The position numbers and the translations under genes were made by a program. From Candidatus Omnitrophota bacterium (GTDB taxonomy: Bacteria; Omnitrophota; Gorgyraeia; Gygaellales; Profunditerraquicolaceae), in contig JBASUY010000030.1 of NCBI GenBank assembly GCA_049275655.1, positions 78,446 to 142,445 on the forward strand: 64,000 nt of DNA, read 5' to 3'. The stretch's first letter is position 1. Every line of letters begins with the position of its first letter. The notes beneath the pieces are model-generated. The model was not told where the DNA came from and searched no databases. It saw only the letters and a program-made list of their open reading frames with translations. This document shows positions 39,046 through 49,970 of this stretch, in pieces.

Positions 39046-39837
39046 CTAACTCCTTTTAGCTACTACAACCCGGTCTATACTATTATAATCCTTAATAATC
39101 TCAACTATTTCAAATCTCTTAGATAAAGAAAAGATTTTTTTTAATTCTTCAGACTTATTATACCCTATCTCTAAAATCAAGATCCCTCCTTTTTGAAGAT
39201 AATCTTTAGGCTCATTAATGATGCGCCTATAAAACTTAAGCCCATCCCTGCCTCCGTCTAAGGCAATCCTAGGCTCATATTTTAGCTCGGGCTGCAGCTT
39301 ATCAATTTCATCAGTTGGAATATACGGGGGATTAGAGACGCACAGCGAATACTGCTTTTTAAAGAAAAAAAGGGAAGAGAATAGATTACTTAAAATAAAT
39401 GACACCCTTTTTCCTACCCCATTTAACTTTGCATTTAAGGCTGCTAACCTCAAAGCCTCCAAAGATATATCTGTAGCAGCAACTCTATGCTCAAGAAGAG
39501 ATTTTGCCACGGAGATAGCAATACAACCTGAGCCTGTCCCTAATTCTAATATATCTTTGTCTTTAAGAAAACTCTTTTTAGCATACCTTAACACTGTTTC
39601 TACTAATATCTCTGTTTCTGGACGCGGGATAAGCACGTGTTTATTAAGTTTAAATTCCAGCCCCATAAACTCTGTCTTGCCTAATATGTATTGAATCGGC
39701 TCGCCTAATGCCCTCCTCTTTAAAGCCGATGATATAAAACGAGACTCTCTTAAAGTCAAGATTCTATCCCTATCAAGATAGAGTTTATCAATTTTACAAC
39801 CTAAAGCTTCGGTAAAGATAAGCTCGGTTTCAGTCAT
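39046..39837 (-). CDS. prmC: release factor glutamine methyltransferase
   Basis: NPPY motif (VSNPPYIP). Follows prfA. Confidence 0.85.
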   Translation of the reverse strand: MTETELIFTEALGCKIDKLYLDRDRILTLRESRFISSALKRRALGEPIQYILGKTEFMGLEFKLNKHVLIPRPETEILVETVLRYAKKSFLKDKDILELGTGSGCIAISVAKSLLEHRVAATDISLEALRLAALNAKLNGVGKRVSFILSNLFSSLFFFKKQYSLCVSNPPYIPTDEIDKLQPELKYEPRIALDGGRDGLKFYRRIINEPKDYLQKGGILILEIGYNKSEELKKIFSLSKRFEIVEIIKDYNSIDRVVVAKRS

Positions 39838-40898
39838 TATATCTGTTCTTCTTTTTCTTTTGAAGCCTTGATTAAGGCTTCTGAAATCTCTTCAAATTCA
39901 CCGTCCAAGACTGACTCTAAGGCATGGGTAGTAAAGTTTATACGGTGGTCTGTAACGCGCCGGTCAGGAAAATTATAAGTGCGTATCTTTTCGCTCCTAT
40001 CTCCTGAGCCTATCTGGTTTTTACGCTCCTGCGATAATTTCTTTGACTCTGCTTCTCTTTTAGCATCTAATAATTTAGCCCTTAAGACCCTCATCGCCTT
40101 AGCCTTATTTTTAGCCTGCGACCTTTCGTCTTGGCAAGCAACCACAACACCCGTAGGAATATGCGTAATCCTTACCGCAGAATCTGTCTTTTGCATATGT
40201 TGTCCGCCGGGACCGCTTGAACGGTAGGTATCTATTCTTAAGTCATCCGGAGAAATAACTAAATCCACCTCTTCAGGCTCTACTAAAACTACTACGGTTG
40301 CGGTAGAGGTATGTATCCTGCCTTGCGCTTCGGTTACCGGGACACGCTGGACCCTGTGAACTCCGCTTTCAAATTTTAGCCTCTTATAGGCATCTTTGCC
40401 TTTTACGCCAAAAGAGACCTCTTTAACCCCTCCTGATTCATTACCGGAGATAGAGATAAGTTCAATAACCCAACCTTTACTCTCTGCATACTTAGTATAC
40501 ATGCGGTAAAGATCGGCGGCAAATAGCCCTGCCTCATCCCCTCCTGTCCCCTGCCTTATCTCTACAATAATATCGCGCCCGGCGTCCTTATCTTCCTCGG
40601 TAAGGATTAACTTTATCTTCTCTTTTATCTTATCTTCCTTGCTCTTTAGCTCATCAAGCTCCTTCTTTACTAACTCTACAAAATCGCTATCGTGTTTTTC
40701 TTTCAATACTGCCTCAAGTTCAGATAATTCTTTTATCAGCCTCTTATACTCTCGGAATAGATTAACCGGTTCTCTTATCCCGGATAACTCTTTGGCTATT
40801 CTATTAGATTGATTACGGTCAGAGAGGACTTCTTTAGAGACTAAGAGCGCTTCTAACTCTATATAACGGGCCTCAAGTTTTTCTAACTTATCTATCAT
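39837..40898 (-). CDS. prfA: peptide chain release factor 1
   Basis: GGQ motif [23 protein letters not shown] and the PxT-type RF1 domain, 353 aa. Confidence 0.93.
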   Translation of the reverse strand: MIDKLEKLEARYIELEALLVSKEVLSDRNQSNRIAKELSGIREPVNLFREYKRLIKELSELEAVLKEKHDSDFVELVKKELDELKSKEDKIKEKIKLILTEEDKDAGRDIIVEIRQGTGGDEAGLFAADLYRMYTKYAESKGWVIELISISGNESGGVKEVSFGVKGKDAYKRLKFESGVHRVQRVPVTEAQGRIHTSTATVVVLVEPEEVDLVISPDDLRIDTYRSSGPGGQHMQKTDSAVRITHIPTGVVVACQDERSQAKNKAKAMRVLRAKLLDAKREAESKKLSQERKNQIGSGDRSEKIRTYNFPDRRVTDHRINFTTHALESVLDGEFEEISEALIKASKEKEEQI

Positions 40899-40926
40899 CT
40901 CTTGACTTTATCAGATTAGTTTGGAA

Positions 40927-41127
40927 TTATCTTTTACCATATTTTTTGATAAACTTATCTACCCTACCGGCAGAATCCACAAACTTCTGCTTTCCTGTAA
41001 AAAATGGATGGCATTTAGAGCAAATCTCTACCCTGATACTCGGGCGCGTGGAGCGGGTATGTATGGTCTCGCCGCAAGCGCAAACTATGGTAGATTCTTT
41101 ATAATTAGGGTGTATTTTATCTTTCAT
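40927..41127 (-). CDS. rpmE: 50S ribosomal protein L31 (Zn-binding type)
   Basis: [10 protein letters not shown]-terminus and CxC...CxxCHPFFTG motif, 66 aa. Confidence 0.88.
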   Translation of the reverse strand: MKDKIHPNYKESTIVCACGETIHTRSTRPSIRVEICSKCHPFFTGKQKFVDSAGRVDKFIKKYGKR

Positions 41128-41164
41128 CTCTTACTCCTCCTTCTTTTCGTCCATAGATTATCAG

Positions 41165-42421
41165 TTACTGGTTCATGCTATTTAAAAATTCTTCATTATT
41201 CTTTGTCTTGCTTAGTTTTTCAATTAAAAGCTCCATCGCCTCTACGTTACTTAATTCATTTAAGACCTTCCTTAAAATCCAAGTCTTTTGAAGAACCTCA
41301 GGCTTAACTAAAAGTTCCTCATGGCGGGTATTAGAGCGTTTAATATCTATAGCCGGGTAAATCCTACGTTGAAATAAATTTCTATCCAACTGCGTCTCCA
41401 TATTTCCGGTACCCTTAAATTCCTCAAATATAACCTCATCCATACGGCTTCCTGTATCAACTAAAGCGGTAGCTATAATTGTCAGGCTCCCCCCCTCTTC
41501 AACTGCCCGGGCTGCGCCAAAGAACCTCTTAGGTTTCTGCAGGGCATTAGAGTCAATCCCCCCGGAGAGGACTTTTCCGCTATGAGGCACAACCGAATTA
41601 TAGGCGCGTGCAAGCCGGGTAATACTATCTAATAATATTACCACATCCCGCTTATGCTCAACAAGCCTTTTAGCCTTCTCTAAAACAATCTCAGCTACCT
41701 GTATATGCCTTTCAGGCGGCTCATCAAAGGTAGAAGATATCACCTCTCCTTTCACATGGCGCTGCATATCCGTCACCTCTTCGGGCCTTTCATCTATTAA
41801 AAGGACAATCAAAACAACATCCGGATTATTTGTAGTAATCGCATTTGCAATCTTTTGTAAGAGTACGGTTTTGCCGCTATAGGGCTGAGCAACTATCAAC
41901 CCGCGCTGGCCCTTGCCTATCGGAGCTAAGAGGTTCATAATTCGCATGGATATCTCTTCGGGCTTAGTCTCAAGGCCAAAGGGATGGCGCGGATATACCG
42001 GGGTAAGGTTATCAAAAAGGACTTTTTCTTTTAACTCTTCAGGATTCTCAAAATTAACCGCTTCTACCTTAAGCAGGGCAAAATACTTCTCCCCTTCTTT
42101 TGGAGGGCGTATCTGCCCTGAGACAGTATCACCGGTCCTTAAATCAAATTTTCTTATCTGCGAAGGCGATATATAAATATCATCAGGACAAGGCAGATAA
42201 TTATAATTCGGGCTTCTTAAAAAACCAAACCCTTCCGGGAGAATTTCTAAGACCCCCTCCCCAAACATAAGCCCTTCCTTTTCTGCCTGAGCCTGCAAGA
42301 TTTTAAAAATCAACTCCTGCTTCTTAAGCCCGCTTGCGCCGTTAGCATTTAGCTCCTTTGCAAGCTTATTAAGCTCGCTTATCTTCATCTCCTTTAAACG
42401 CTTAATCTCCAGTTTTTCCAC
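41165..42421 (-). CDS. rho: transcription termination factor Rho
   Basis: N-terminal RNA-binding domain and RecA-like ATPase with Walker A (PYSGKT), 418 aa. Confidence 0.93.
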   Translation of the reverse strand: MEKLEIKRLKEMKISELNKLAKELNANGASGLKKQELIFKILQAQAEKEGLMFGEGVLEILPEGFGFLRSPNYNYLPCPDDIYISPSQIRKFDLRTGDTVSGQIRPPKEGEKYFALLKVEAVNFENPEELKEKVLFDNLTPVYPRHPFGLETKPEEISMRIMNLLAPIGKGQRGLIVAQPYSGKTVLLQKIANAITTNNPDVVLIVLLIDERPEEVTDMQRHVKGEVISSTFDEPPERHIQVAEIVLEKAKRLVEHKRDVVILLDSITRLARAYNSVVPHSGKVLSGGIDSNALQKPKRFFGAARAVEEGGSLTIIATALVDTGSRMDEVIFEEFKGTGNMETQLDRNLFQRRIYPAIDIKRSNTRHEELLVKPEVLQKTWILRKVLNELSNVEAMELLIEKLSKTKNNEEFLNSMNQ

Positions 42422-43034
42422 TGCTTCCTCCTTGAATTTTTTCTAATATTGATTTTACCTGTTTTTTTGTATTAGTGAATGAACCGCTATTATCTATAAT
42501 AAAGTCCGCTACGTGAGCTTTACGCCGTATCGGAATCTGCGTTTTTATACGTTTTACAACCTCTGTTTTTTTAAGGCGCCTTTTTTTTACCATCCTCCTG
42601 ATATGCTCATCCCTATCAATTATAACTACAATTAAACTATCAACTATATTTCTTAACCCTGCCTCCAGTAATAAAGGGGCATCTAATACAACGGCCCCTC
42701 TTTTAAACTTCTTTAGCTTAATCTTAATATCCCGGACTATATTAGGATGTACAATACTATTTAATCTTTTAAGCATCCTAGGGTTAGAAAATACTAAATC
42801 CCCTAACTTCTTACGGTTGATATAACGCTTAGGGCCTAAAATCCCTTTACCGAAAAAATTAACAATCTTTTTATATGCCTTAGCCTTAGGCAGAAGATAA
42901 CTGTGGGCTATTTTATCTGCGTCAATAATCTTTAAGCCAAAGGCTTTTAAGAAACGCGAAACAGTGCTCTTTCCACTTCCAAATACCCCTGTTACTCCGA
43001 TAACGATTCTTTTATCTTTTCTTTGCTTTTTCAT
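42402..43034 (-). CDS. coaE: dephospho-CoA kinase
   Basis: P-loop [13 protein letters not shown], 210 aa. Confidence 0.85.
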   Translation of the reverse strand: MKKQRKDKRIVIGVTGVFGSGKSTVSRFLKAFGLKIIDADKIAHSYLLPKAKAYKKIVNFFGKGILGPKRYINRKKLGDLVFSNPRMLKRLNSIVHPNIVRDIKIKLKKFKRGAVVLDAPLLLEAGLRNIVDSLIVVIIDRDEHIRRMVKKRRLKKTEVVKRIKTQIPIRRKAHVADFIIDNSGSFTNTKKQVKSILEKIQGGSSGKTGD

Positions 43035-44400
43035 ATAATTTTATATACTCTTTAGCTGAGTTCTCCCAAGAAAAATCATACCTCATAGCAAAAGATATAA
43101 GCTTGTTAATTTTGCCTTTATCCGCAAATAGAGAAGCTGCTTTTTTTATTGCCTTTAAGAAGCTATCTTTATTATAGGAAGAAAAAACAAAGCCATTTTT
43201 ACTATTTACCGTGTCAACTAAACCCCCGGTTTTATAAACAACCGGGATCGCTCCATACCTTAAGGCGATCATCTGGCCTAAGCCGCATGGCTCATACTTA
43301 GAGGGCATTAAGAAGAAGTCCGAGCCTGCATAAATCTTATGCGCTAAAGCTTCATCAAAGCCTATATTAAAAGATAGATTATCAGGAAACCTCCCCGCAT
43401 ATCCTTTAAGTAGATTTTCATATTTAGCATCTCCTCTGCCTAAAATTACTAACTGAGAGCCTGTTTTGCATATATCCTCAATCGCCTCTAAAAGAATATC
43501 AAAACCCTTCTGCTCGGCGAGCCTGGAGACGATACCGAATAACGGGGCACCTTCTAAAATAGGCAAACCGCAATCCCTCTGAAGGGCAATTTTATTAAAC
43601 CGCTTATTTTCAGGCTTAAGCAAAGAGTAATTAAAAGCGATATGCTTATCTTTTTGAGGGTCCCAAATATCATAATCCAATCCATTTAAGATACCGTATA
43701 GATAACGGCTACGTTTAATTAATAACCCCTCAAGCCCAAACCCAAACTCAGGAGTAGTTATCTCTTTTGCATAATTAGGGCTTACGGTATTTATAATGTC
43801 AGAGAAGGCTATCCCCCCTTTTAAAAGATTAATATTGTCATAAAACTCAAAACCTTCTATATTAAATAATTCCCAACTAAGGTTAAGCTTCGGGAATTTC
43901 TCCTTTGGAAAGATACCCTGATAACCTATATTATGTATAGTCAAAAGCGTGCGCATATTGCTATAAAACTTATCCTTTGAGCAAATAGATTTAAGGTATG
44001 CCGGGATTAAAGAAGCCTGCCAATCATGCAGGTGGATAATATCACAAGAAAAGTTTACCTCTTTTAGCAAAGATAAAGCCTTGCGGCAATAAAAAGAAAA
44101 ACGCTCTAAATTATCCCCATAGTCCCCAAATTCATCTTGGTATAAGCCCTTACGGTTAAAGTATTGTTGGTTTTCTATAAAATATACTTTTATATCATCT
44201 TCGGTTAGGCAATAAGAAATATCGTCATTAAGCCTTTTAATCTTAAATTTTTTTGCCTCTATCTCTCGATACCCCGGCATTATTATAATAGCTTCATGCC
44301 CTTGCTTTTGAAGGGCAACGGGCAAAGATGCGGCTACATCTGCTAAACCTCCAGTCTTAGCAAACGGCACAACCTCGGAAGCGCAAATCGCTATCTTCAT
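43012..44400 (-). CDS. glgA: glycogen synthase (ADP-glucose type GT5)
   Basis: N-terminal KTGGLADV motif, 462 aa. Confidence 0.85.
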   Translation of the reverse strand: MKIAICASEVVPFAKTGGLADVAASLPVALQKQGHEAIIIMPGYREIEAKKFKIKRLNDDISYCLTEDDIKVYFIENQQYFNRKGLYQDEFGDYGDNLERFSFYCRKALSLLKEVNFSCDIIHLHDWQASLIPAYLKSICSKDKFYSNMRTLLTIHNIGYQGIFPKEKFPKLNLSWELFNIEGFEFYDNINLLKGGIAFSDIINTVSPNYAKEITTPEFGFGLEGLLIKRSRYLYGILNGLDYDIWDPQKDKHIAFNYSLLKPENKRFNKIALQRDCGLPILEGAPLFGIVSRLAEQKGFDILLEAIEDICKTGSQLVILGRGDAKYENLLKGYAGRFPDNLSFNIGFDEALAHKIYAGSDFFLMPSKYEPCGLGQMIALRYGAIPVVYKTGGLVDTVNSKNGFVFSSYNKDSFLKAIKKAASLFADKGKINKLISFAMRYDFSWENSAKEYIKLYEKAKKR

Positions 44401-46934
44401 ACACTCTCCATCTCAAGCCAATTATCTCCCTGCTTCATATCAACCACTACAGGGACATCCAACTCTAATGCATTCTCCATCTTATCCTTCACCAAAGGAA
44501 GCAAAAAAGACAATTCCTCTTTAGGTAAATCAAATAATAGCTCATCGTGCACCTGTAATACCAACCTAGCCTTAAAAGATTTCTTTGTTAGAGCCTCTTG
44601 AATATTGACCATAGCCAATTTAATTAAATCCGAGGCAGAGCCCTGTATAGGGGTATTAACTGCCTGACGCCGGGCAAACTGGCGCAGTGCAATATTTTTG
44701 CTGTGGATCTGCGGGATATACCTTCTTCTTCCTAAAATAGTAGTAACAAACCCTTTTTCTTCAGCTATATTTATCCCTTCCTCTATATAATCTTTAACTT
44801 TAGGGTATCTTGAAAAATACGCATCTATAAAAGCCTGCGCTTCATCTATGGAGATATTCAAATCACGGCTTAAGCCAAAAGATGTAAGCCCATAAAGAAT
44901 ACCGAAATTTACCCTTTTAGCGGTATCGCGCATCTCTTCCGTTGTATCTTTTTCTTCTACCCCATAGATTAACCCGGCGGTAATCTTATGGATATCCTTA
45001 TTGCGCCTAAAAGCCTCAATAAGATTGCCATCTTTAGAAAGATGAGCAAGCACTCTTAGCTCTATCTGCGAATAATCACAGGAGAGAAGCAGGCTATCTT
45101 TATCTGAAGCAATTATACTTCGCCTGATATTGCCCCCTATCTGAGTCCTTATCGGGATATTCTGTAAGTTTGGGTTACTGGAACTTAACCTGCCTGTCTC
45201 TGTGACGCATTGGTTAAAAGAGGCATGCAGCCTTCCTGTTGTACTATCAACCAACAAAGGCAAGGGATCAATATAAGTAGTCTTTAGTTTGGCCAACTGC
45301 CGGTATTCTAATAATATCCCGGGTAACTTATGCTCTTTGGCTAATTTGCTTAAAACCTCTTCATCCGTAGAAGGGCCTGTTTTTGTGCGTTTTATAACCG
45401 GGAGATTAAGCTTTTCAAATAGGATATTGCTTAACTGCTTAGGGGAGTTAATATTAAACTTAGCATCGCTTAGTTTATAGATATCGCGCATTAAATATTT
45501 AAGCTTTTTCTCCAACTCTTTGGATAAAGAAGCCAATAATTTTAAATCTAATCTTACGCCGTCAATCTCCATTCCCGCTAAAACATCAACCAGCGGCATC
45601 TCTACTTCCTTAAACAACTTAAAAAGCCCTTTATCTTTTAACTCTTTTTCTAACGCCAGCACAAGCATCTTTACCAAATGAGCTTCTTTATGCTGGCTTA
45701 ATGTTTCTACTGCAGCATTGGTACCTAAAAACTCAAACACTATACTATCTAAACTATAATCCGGCTTTGAAGGATTTAAAAGATAAGCAGCAACCATAAG
45801 GTCAAAAGAGGTTCCGTTAACTACTACACCCCTTCTGCCCAATACAACCTTTACCTTCTTTAGATTATGCCCTATCTTTTTAACCTTCGGATCAGATAAT
45901 ATTTTTTTAAGGTTAGGCCCTACTTCAGAAAGGAGCATTTTTTTGCCCTGAATATAAATAAAAAGGTTAGTGCCATCGTCTGCGGATATAAATAATTCTC
46001 TAATGCCCTCTAAAACTTTACCCGACTCTCTATCTTTGTATTCTTCCGCTTGGCAAGAATTAACAGCACTCTGTTTAGGCTTGATTGTTAAGAGGAATTT
46101 TTTAAACTCTAACCTTTTAAACAAGGCGGATAACTTCCCTAAATCCGGATCTTCTATTTTAAGCGCCTCTAAATCTAAACCAGCCTTTAAATCCCCTGAT
46201 AGAAATATAAGCTCTTTATTTAACCTAACTCTATCAATATTTTCTTTAATTGCTCTTTGGGTCTTTTCGCTTTCTATCTCTGAAAGGCGGTTTAAGATAT
46301 TCTCCAAAGAACCAAACTTAAGGATTAACTTTACTGCGGTTTTTTCCCCTACCCCCGGAACCCCGGGAATATTATCCGCATCATCTCCTGCTAAGCTTAA
46401 TAGGTCCGGGATCTGCTCAGGCAAAACCCCGAAGTACCGGGTAACCTCTTTTTTGTCATAAAGCAGGCCTAAGCCCTTATAAGGATTAAAGACTGAAATA
46501 TCGTCGCTTACTAACTGCAACATATCTTTATCCGAGCTTACTATGGTAACAGAAAAACCATTGGAAGCTGCCCGCTTGGCTATACTTGCAATAATGTCAT
46601 CTGCCTCAAACCCTTCTTCTTCTACAATCTTAAAACCAAAACCTAAAACAATTTCTTTAATTAAAGGAATCTGGCTGGCTAATTCATCCGGCATCTTTGG
46701 CCGTTGTATCTTATAATCCGCAAATTTACGCGACCTGAAAGTATCACCGGAGACATCAAAACATACGGCTAAATAATCGGGGCGCCCTTCCTTAAGTATC
46801 TTATTTATAATATTTATAAACCCATAAATCGCCCCGGTCGGTTGCCCATAGGAAGTACTTAAATTCCTAACTGCATAAAAAGCCCTATAACAAAAAGATG
46901 TAGCATCCAATAAATATAGTCTTTTAACAGGCAT
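44397..46934 (-). CDS. polA: DNA polymerase I (Taq-like; 3'-5' exonuclease residues apparently not conserved)
   Basis: 5'-nuclease domain, a vestigial exo region (AYLLNPS) and the family A polymerase motifs (DYSQIELR, QVHDEL), 845 aa. Confidence 0.92.
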   Translation of the reverse strand: MPVKRLYLLDATSFCYRAFYAVRNLSTSYGQPTGAIYGFINIINKILKEGRPDYLAVCFDVSGDTFRSRKFADYKIQRPKMPDELASQIPLIKEIVLGFGFKIVEEEGFEADDIIASIAKRAASNGFSVTIVSSDKDMLQLVSDDISVFNPYKGLGLLYDKKEVTRYFGVLPEQIPDLLSLAGDDADNIPGVPGVGEKTAVKLILKFGSLENILNRLSEIESEKTQRAIKENIDRVRLNKELIFLSGDLKAGLDLEALKIEDPDLGKLSALFKRLEFKKFLLTIKPKQSAVNSCQAEEYKDRESGKVLEGIRELFISADDGTNLFIYIQGKKMLLSEVGPNLKKILSDPKVKKIGHNLKKVKVVLGRRGVVVNGTSFDLMVAAYLLNPSKPDYSLDSIVFEFLGTNAAVETLSQHKEAHLVKMLVLALEKELKDKGLFKLFKEVEMPLVDVLAGMEIDGVRLDLKLLASLSKELEKKLKYLMRDIYKLSDAKFNINSPKQLSNILFEKLNLPVIKRTKTGPSTDEEVLSKLAKEHKLPGILLEYRQLAKLKTTYIDPLPLLVDSTTGRLHASFNQCVTETGRLSSSNPNLQNIPIRTQIGGNIRRSIIASDKDSLLLSCDYSQIELRVLAHLSKDGNLIEAFRRNKDIHKITAGLIYGVEEKDTTEEMRDTAKRVNFGILYGLTSFGLSRDLNISIDEAQAFIDAYFSRYPKVKDYIEEGINIAEEKGFVTTILGRRRYIPQIHSKNIALRQFARRQAVNTPIQGSASDLIKLAMVNIQEALTKKSFKARLVLQVHDELLFDLPKEELSFLLPLVKDKMENALELDVPVVVDMKQGDNWLEMESV

Positions 46935-46984
46935 TAATAAAAAATATGGAAATCAATTTGGTAGGAAATTTTCTTAAGTGGCCT

Positions 46985-47725
46985 CTATTCTGATAATGCC
47001 CTGTGCTGAACCTTTTCAATAAACTCCATTATATCTTTATTTTCAGGATCCAAATACTGGGCATCCAAAGCTTCCTTTACGGCTTTGGCATAATTGCTTT
47101 TTGCATAACTAGACTTAGCATTGTCAAAGTGCTTACGGGCAAGCGCTCTGTCATCATGCCTTAATATGTACTTTTCATTAGAAATGTCTTTTGCCAATTT
47201 CAAGATATCCTGCTCCTCAAAATCCTTTACCGGATTTTGAGAAAAACTTAAACGTATATCCTCAAAGCGCTTTTGGGCCTTCTTAGTCCAAGGGTCATTA
47301 AAATCCCCTAATTCCGAACGCTTCTTCCAACAATAAGCAGCCTTGCCAAATTCCCTTCTCTCCTCGTATAAAAGGGCTAAGTTAGTATAGGAACTTAAAT
47401 AGTACGGGTCTAATTTTAGGGCCTTAAGGTAGCTCTCTTCGGCCCTATCTATCATGCCTTTAGCCTCATAAACTACGCCTAAATCATTATAAGCTACTGC
47501 ATAAAAGGGATCTACCTCTATTGCCTTCTGATATATCTTCATTGCTACATCTAAATCGCCCGCATCTTGCGCCTTTAACCCTTCTTGGCGGTATTCACGC
47601 GCCTGAGCCTCCAAGGCAGTAAGCTCCTTTGGTTTTTCTAAGCCTGCTACTTCTTGCGCAAATACAGAATAGCTCCGGAAGAATAAAGATAAGCCTAAAA
47701 CTAAAATTAAGATTATATTTTTCAA
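46985..47725 (-). CDS. secreted TPR-repeat protein, TTG start
   Basis: Signal peptide MKNIILILVLGLSLFFRSYSVFAQE. Tandem TPR-like repeats (AYNDLGVVYEAKG, YTNLALLYEER). Confidence 0.6.
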   Translation of the reverse strand: MKNIILILVLGLSLFFRSYSVFAQEVAGLEKPKELTALEAQAREYRQEGLKAQDAGDLDVAMKIYQKAIEVDPFYAVAYNDLGVVYEAKGMIDRAEESYLKALKLDPYYLSSYTNLALLYEERREFGKAAYCWKKRSELGDFNDPWTKKAQKRFEDIRLSFSQNPVKDFEEQDILKLAKDISNEKYILRHDDRALARKHFDNAKSSYAKSNYAKAVKEALDAQYLDPENKDIMEFIEKVQHRALSE

Positions 47726-47764
47726 GTGTCTCTTGAAAATTAAGGTTGGTATATGTTTTCTTCT

Positions 47765-47792
47765 ATTATATAAAATAAAACTCGCTCGTCAA
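47765..47792 (-). promoter_or_regulatory. sigma70-like promoter (TTGACG-16-TATAAT) upstream of the TPR-polA-glgA transcription unit
   Basis: -35 at 47787-47792 and -10 at 47765-47770 in the minus-strand sense. Confidence 0.45.
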
Positions 47793-47816
47793 GAGAAAAA
47801 TTAGAATAATATAAAT

Positions 47817-49970
47817 TTATAATAAAGGATTCATAAAAAGCGCTGGGTGCTTAGCCTTCCTGAGAAAATCTAATAGGGGATTAAGAGTAAGAGCGGTATC
47901 TTCGTCAGCAATCTTTTCTAATAGGTCAGGCTCACCGATATCATAGGCTATTTTTTTTAAGTCCTTTTCAAGCAATAGCTTTAGCTCCTTAGATACCCAT
48001 ACCAAGCGCCTTAAGCCTCCTTCTGCTAAGATAAATTTATCGCTCAATATATATCTTCTGGCTATGCCCATAAACCCTGGGTTAGAAGGAATATTTTTAG
48101 CTAAATCAGAGAGGGTAGAAAAATCCATTCCCAGAGGAGTCATTCCGGGATAATTCCTATCTACCGCAATCACCCCGTTTGCCTCCGGAAGAACAGCAAG
48201 GATGCATTCAAATAAACCTGAAGTTGACAAGGGAGCCTTCGTAATAGAATAAAGACTTGCTTCTTTGATAATACTATTGGTTTTATCCGCAACAAACCTA
48301 TTGATCCCTTCCCACTGCCCTAAAGAACTACTTAAAGCCTTTCCCTTAGGTATAGGGCTATTCCAACCATAAGAAACAACCTCAGAAGATACTTTAGCAT
48401 CTAACCAAGAGTAGGCTCCGCACATCCCCGGGCGCTCTGGAGATATGATACAAATATGATTAGGAGAGGCAGACTGGCAAATAAAACAAGAATAATAATT
48501 ATCCACCTCTTCATCTAAAAGCCCTTTTAAGCGCTCGTCCCTTTCGGAGAAAATCCTTCTTGCCATTTTAAGCTTATCCCGCACATCTCCATCCCGGGTA
48601 TAAAGCTTAACTTGGGCCTTATCTATGATACCTGGATACTCCCGGCGTAGCATAGAATATATAATTAAGCCTAAGTGCTTTAGCCTAAACCCGCTCAGGA
48701 AAGCTTGGCGGCTTATCCTAATTAAATTTAGGTCCCTCTGCCCCTCATGCGCCAAGCCAGAGGCGTAGTTAATAAATCTATGGAGCTGGCGCTCTAGGAC
48801 AGGCTCAAAATCTTTTTGCATTTTTTTACCACAAACTTCAACAACCAAAGCTAAAGAAAGAGAATCTTTTTTAGGTAAATCTTGGCTAATATCCGGGCCG
48901 AACAACTCGATAGACCCATCCTCAATATCGTCTTTATCTCTGTAAACCAAAAGCTCAAAAAACAATCCCCCTCTGCCTCCAAACTCAAAGGCAAGCTCTT
49001 CTTCTTTAACCTTCTCTCCTTCATATAAATCAGAATAAGGAACAGGGATATTTATAGGCAAACCGCTTACCTTTATCCCGCAAGATTGCACGCACAAAGC
49101 GGAGATCTTTTTATAATCCGACTGCGTTAGTATGCTGACCGTTGATCCGGGCGCTATGTTATACGGGCCTTCGGGAGTTAAATCGCTTATTATAGGCAAA
49201 TCAAATACTCCCCCCGCTAAAAGAACGCCTAAATCCAATTTTTCTCTCCTTCCCAAGGCGAGAATAAAAGAAGGTATGCGTTTGCGTAAATAACTTTTTA
49301 GATTATTGAATTCTCCGGGGGCTATATTACCGTAAAGCAATGGTATCCTTATCATAAAATTCAAAGCATATATTAAGGAGAGCGGCCCCCCCCTTAAAGG
49401 CAAAATACGCGTACCCATATCTACCCCTACGGTATTATCCTTATATAATAAAGATAGCGTATTAGCACTTAACCCATCAGTAATAAAGCACAAAATATTT
49501 TTAGAATAAAAATCCCTTAGGATATCTATAAATAAAGATGTATTATTCGGCGCTCCGGAAATAATAGCTACCCCGGATAAGCGGCCATCTATAAGCTTAA
49601 GGCCTAAATCGTGCAATTTGTTATCCGATATGAAGCCAGGATCTTCCAGGAAAGGGGTTTTGTTTAATGCCTTTAAAGAGGCTAACGCCTCTTGGCATAA
49701 AAAGAACAAAACTGCCTCACTTAGAGAATCTTGTAGAGAGGGAGAAAGGCTATGCCTGCTAATCTCATCTAAAGCCTTGCTTAAATCACCTAAGTTCTCA
49801 ACTTTGATTTCTAAAAAAAAGTAAATTAAAGGAAGGTAATAACTTGTGCCGGGGAAGCTTACCCTTTTATCCAAACCAAACTTATTTATTGCCCTGCTTA
49901 AAGTTTGGCGTGCTAAAACTAAAACCCTATCTAAGCCTATATCACAAGCTTGCGCCAACCCTGCCAGCAT
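47817..49970 (-). CDS. acetyl-CoA synthase/decarbonylase beta-subunit (AcsB/CdhC) homolog with an apparently degenerate Ni-binding site
   Basis: Collinear similarity to acetogen AcsB over the full 717 aa: N-terminal GTSYYLPLI; central KMQKDFEPVLERQLHRFINYASGLAHEGQRDLNLIRIS; A-cluster [4Fe-4S] ligands SCFICQSASPNHICIISPERPGMCGA (C-x2-C-x8-C-x9-C); C-terminal GMTPLGMDFSTL, GFMGI and HPALFMNPLL. Exactly 67 aa after the last cluster Cys, where the Ni-ligand Cys-Gly-Cys is expected, the sequence reads S-G-L (STSGLFEC). Confidence 0.7.
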   Translation of the reverse strand: MLAGLAQACDIGLDRVLVLARQTLSRAINKFGLDKRVSFPGTSYYLPLIYFFLEIKVENLGDLSKALDEISRHSLSPSLQDSLSEAVLFFLCQEALASLKALNKTPFLEDPGFISDNKLHDLGLKLIDGRLSGVAIISGAPNNTSLFIDILRDFYSKNILCFITDGLSANTLSLLYKDNTVGVDMGTRILPLRGGPLSLIYALNFMIRIPLLYGNIAPGEFNNLKSYLRKRIPSFILALGRREKLDLGVLLAGGVFDLPIISDLTPEGPYNIAPGSTVSILTQSDYKKISALCVQSCGIKVSGLPINIPVPYSDLYEGEKVKEEELAFEFGGRGGLFFELLVYRDKDDIEDGSIELFGPDISQDLPKKDSLSLALVVEVCGKKMQKDFEPVLERQLHRFINYASGLAHEGQRDLNLIRISRQAFLSGFRLKHLGLIIYSMLRREYPGIIDKAQVKLYTRDGDVRDKLKMARRIFSERDERLKGLLDEEVDNYYSCFICQSASPNHICIISPERPGMCGAYSWLDAKVSSEVVSYGWNSPIPKGKALSSSLGQWEGINRFVADKTNSIIKEASLYSITKAPLSTSGLFECILAVLPEANGVIAVDRNYPGMTPLGMDFSTLSDLAKNIPSNPGFMGIARRYILSDKFILAEGGLRRLVWVSKELKLLLEKDLKKIAYDIGEPDLLEKIADEDTALTLNPLLDFLRKAKHPALFMNPLL

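Noticed and set aside
40921-41307. 128-aa plus-strand ORF spanning the rpmE-rho junction
   Set aside because: It overlaps two conserved minus-strand genes and their intergenic RBS. Its composition is typical of antisense reading of AT-rich coding DNA. No promoter or SD is apparent.
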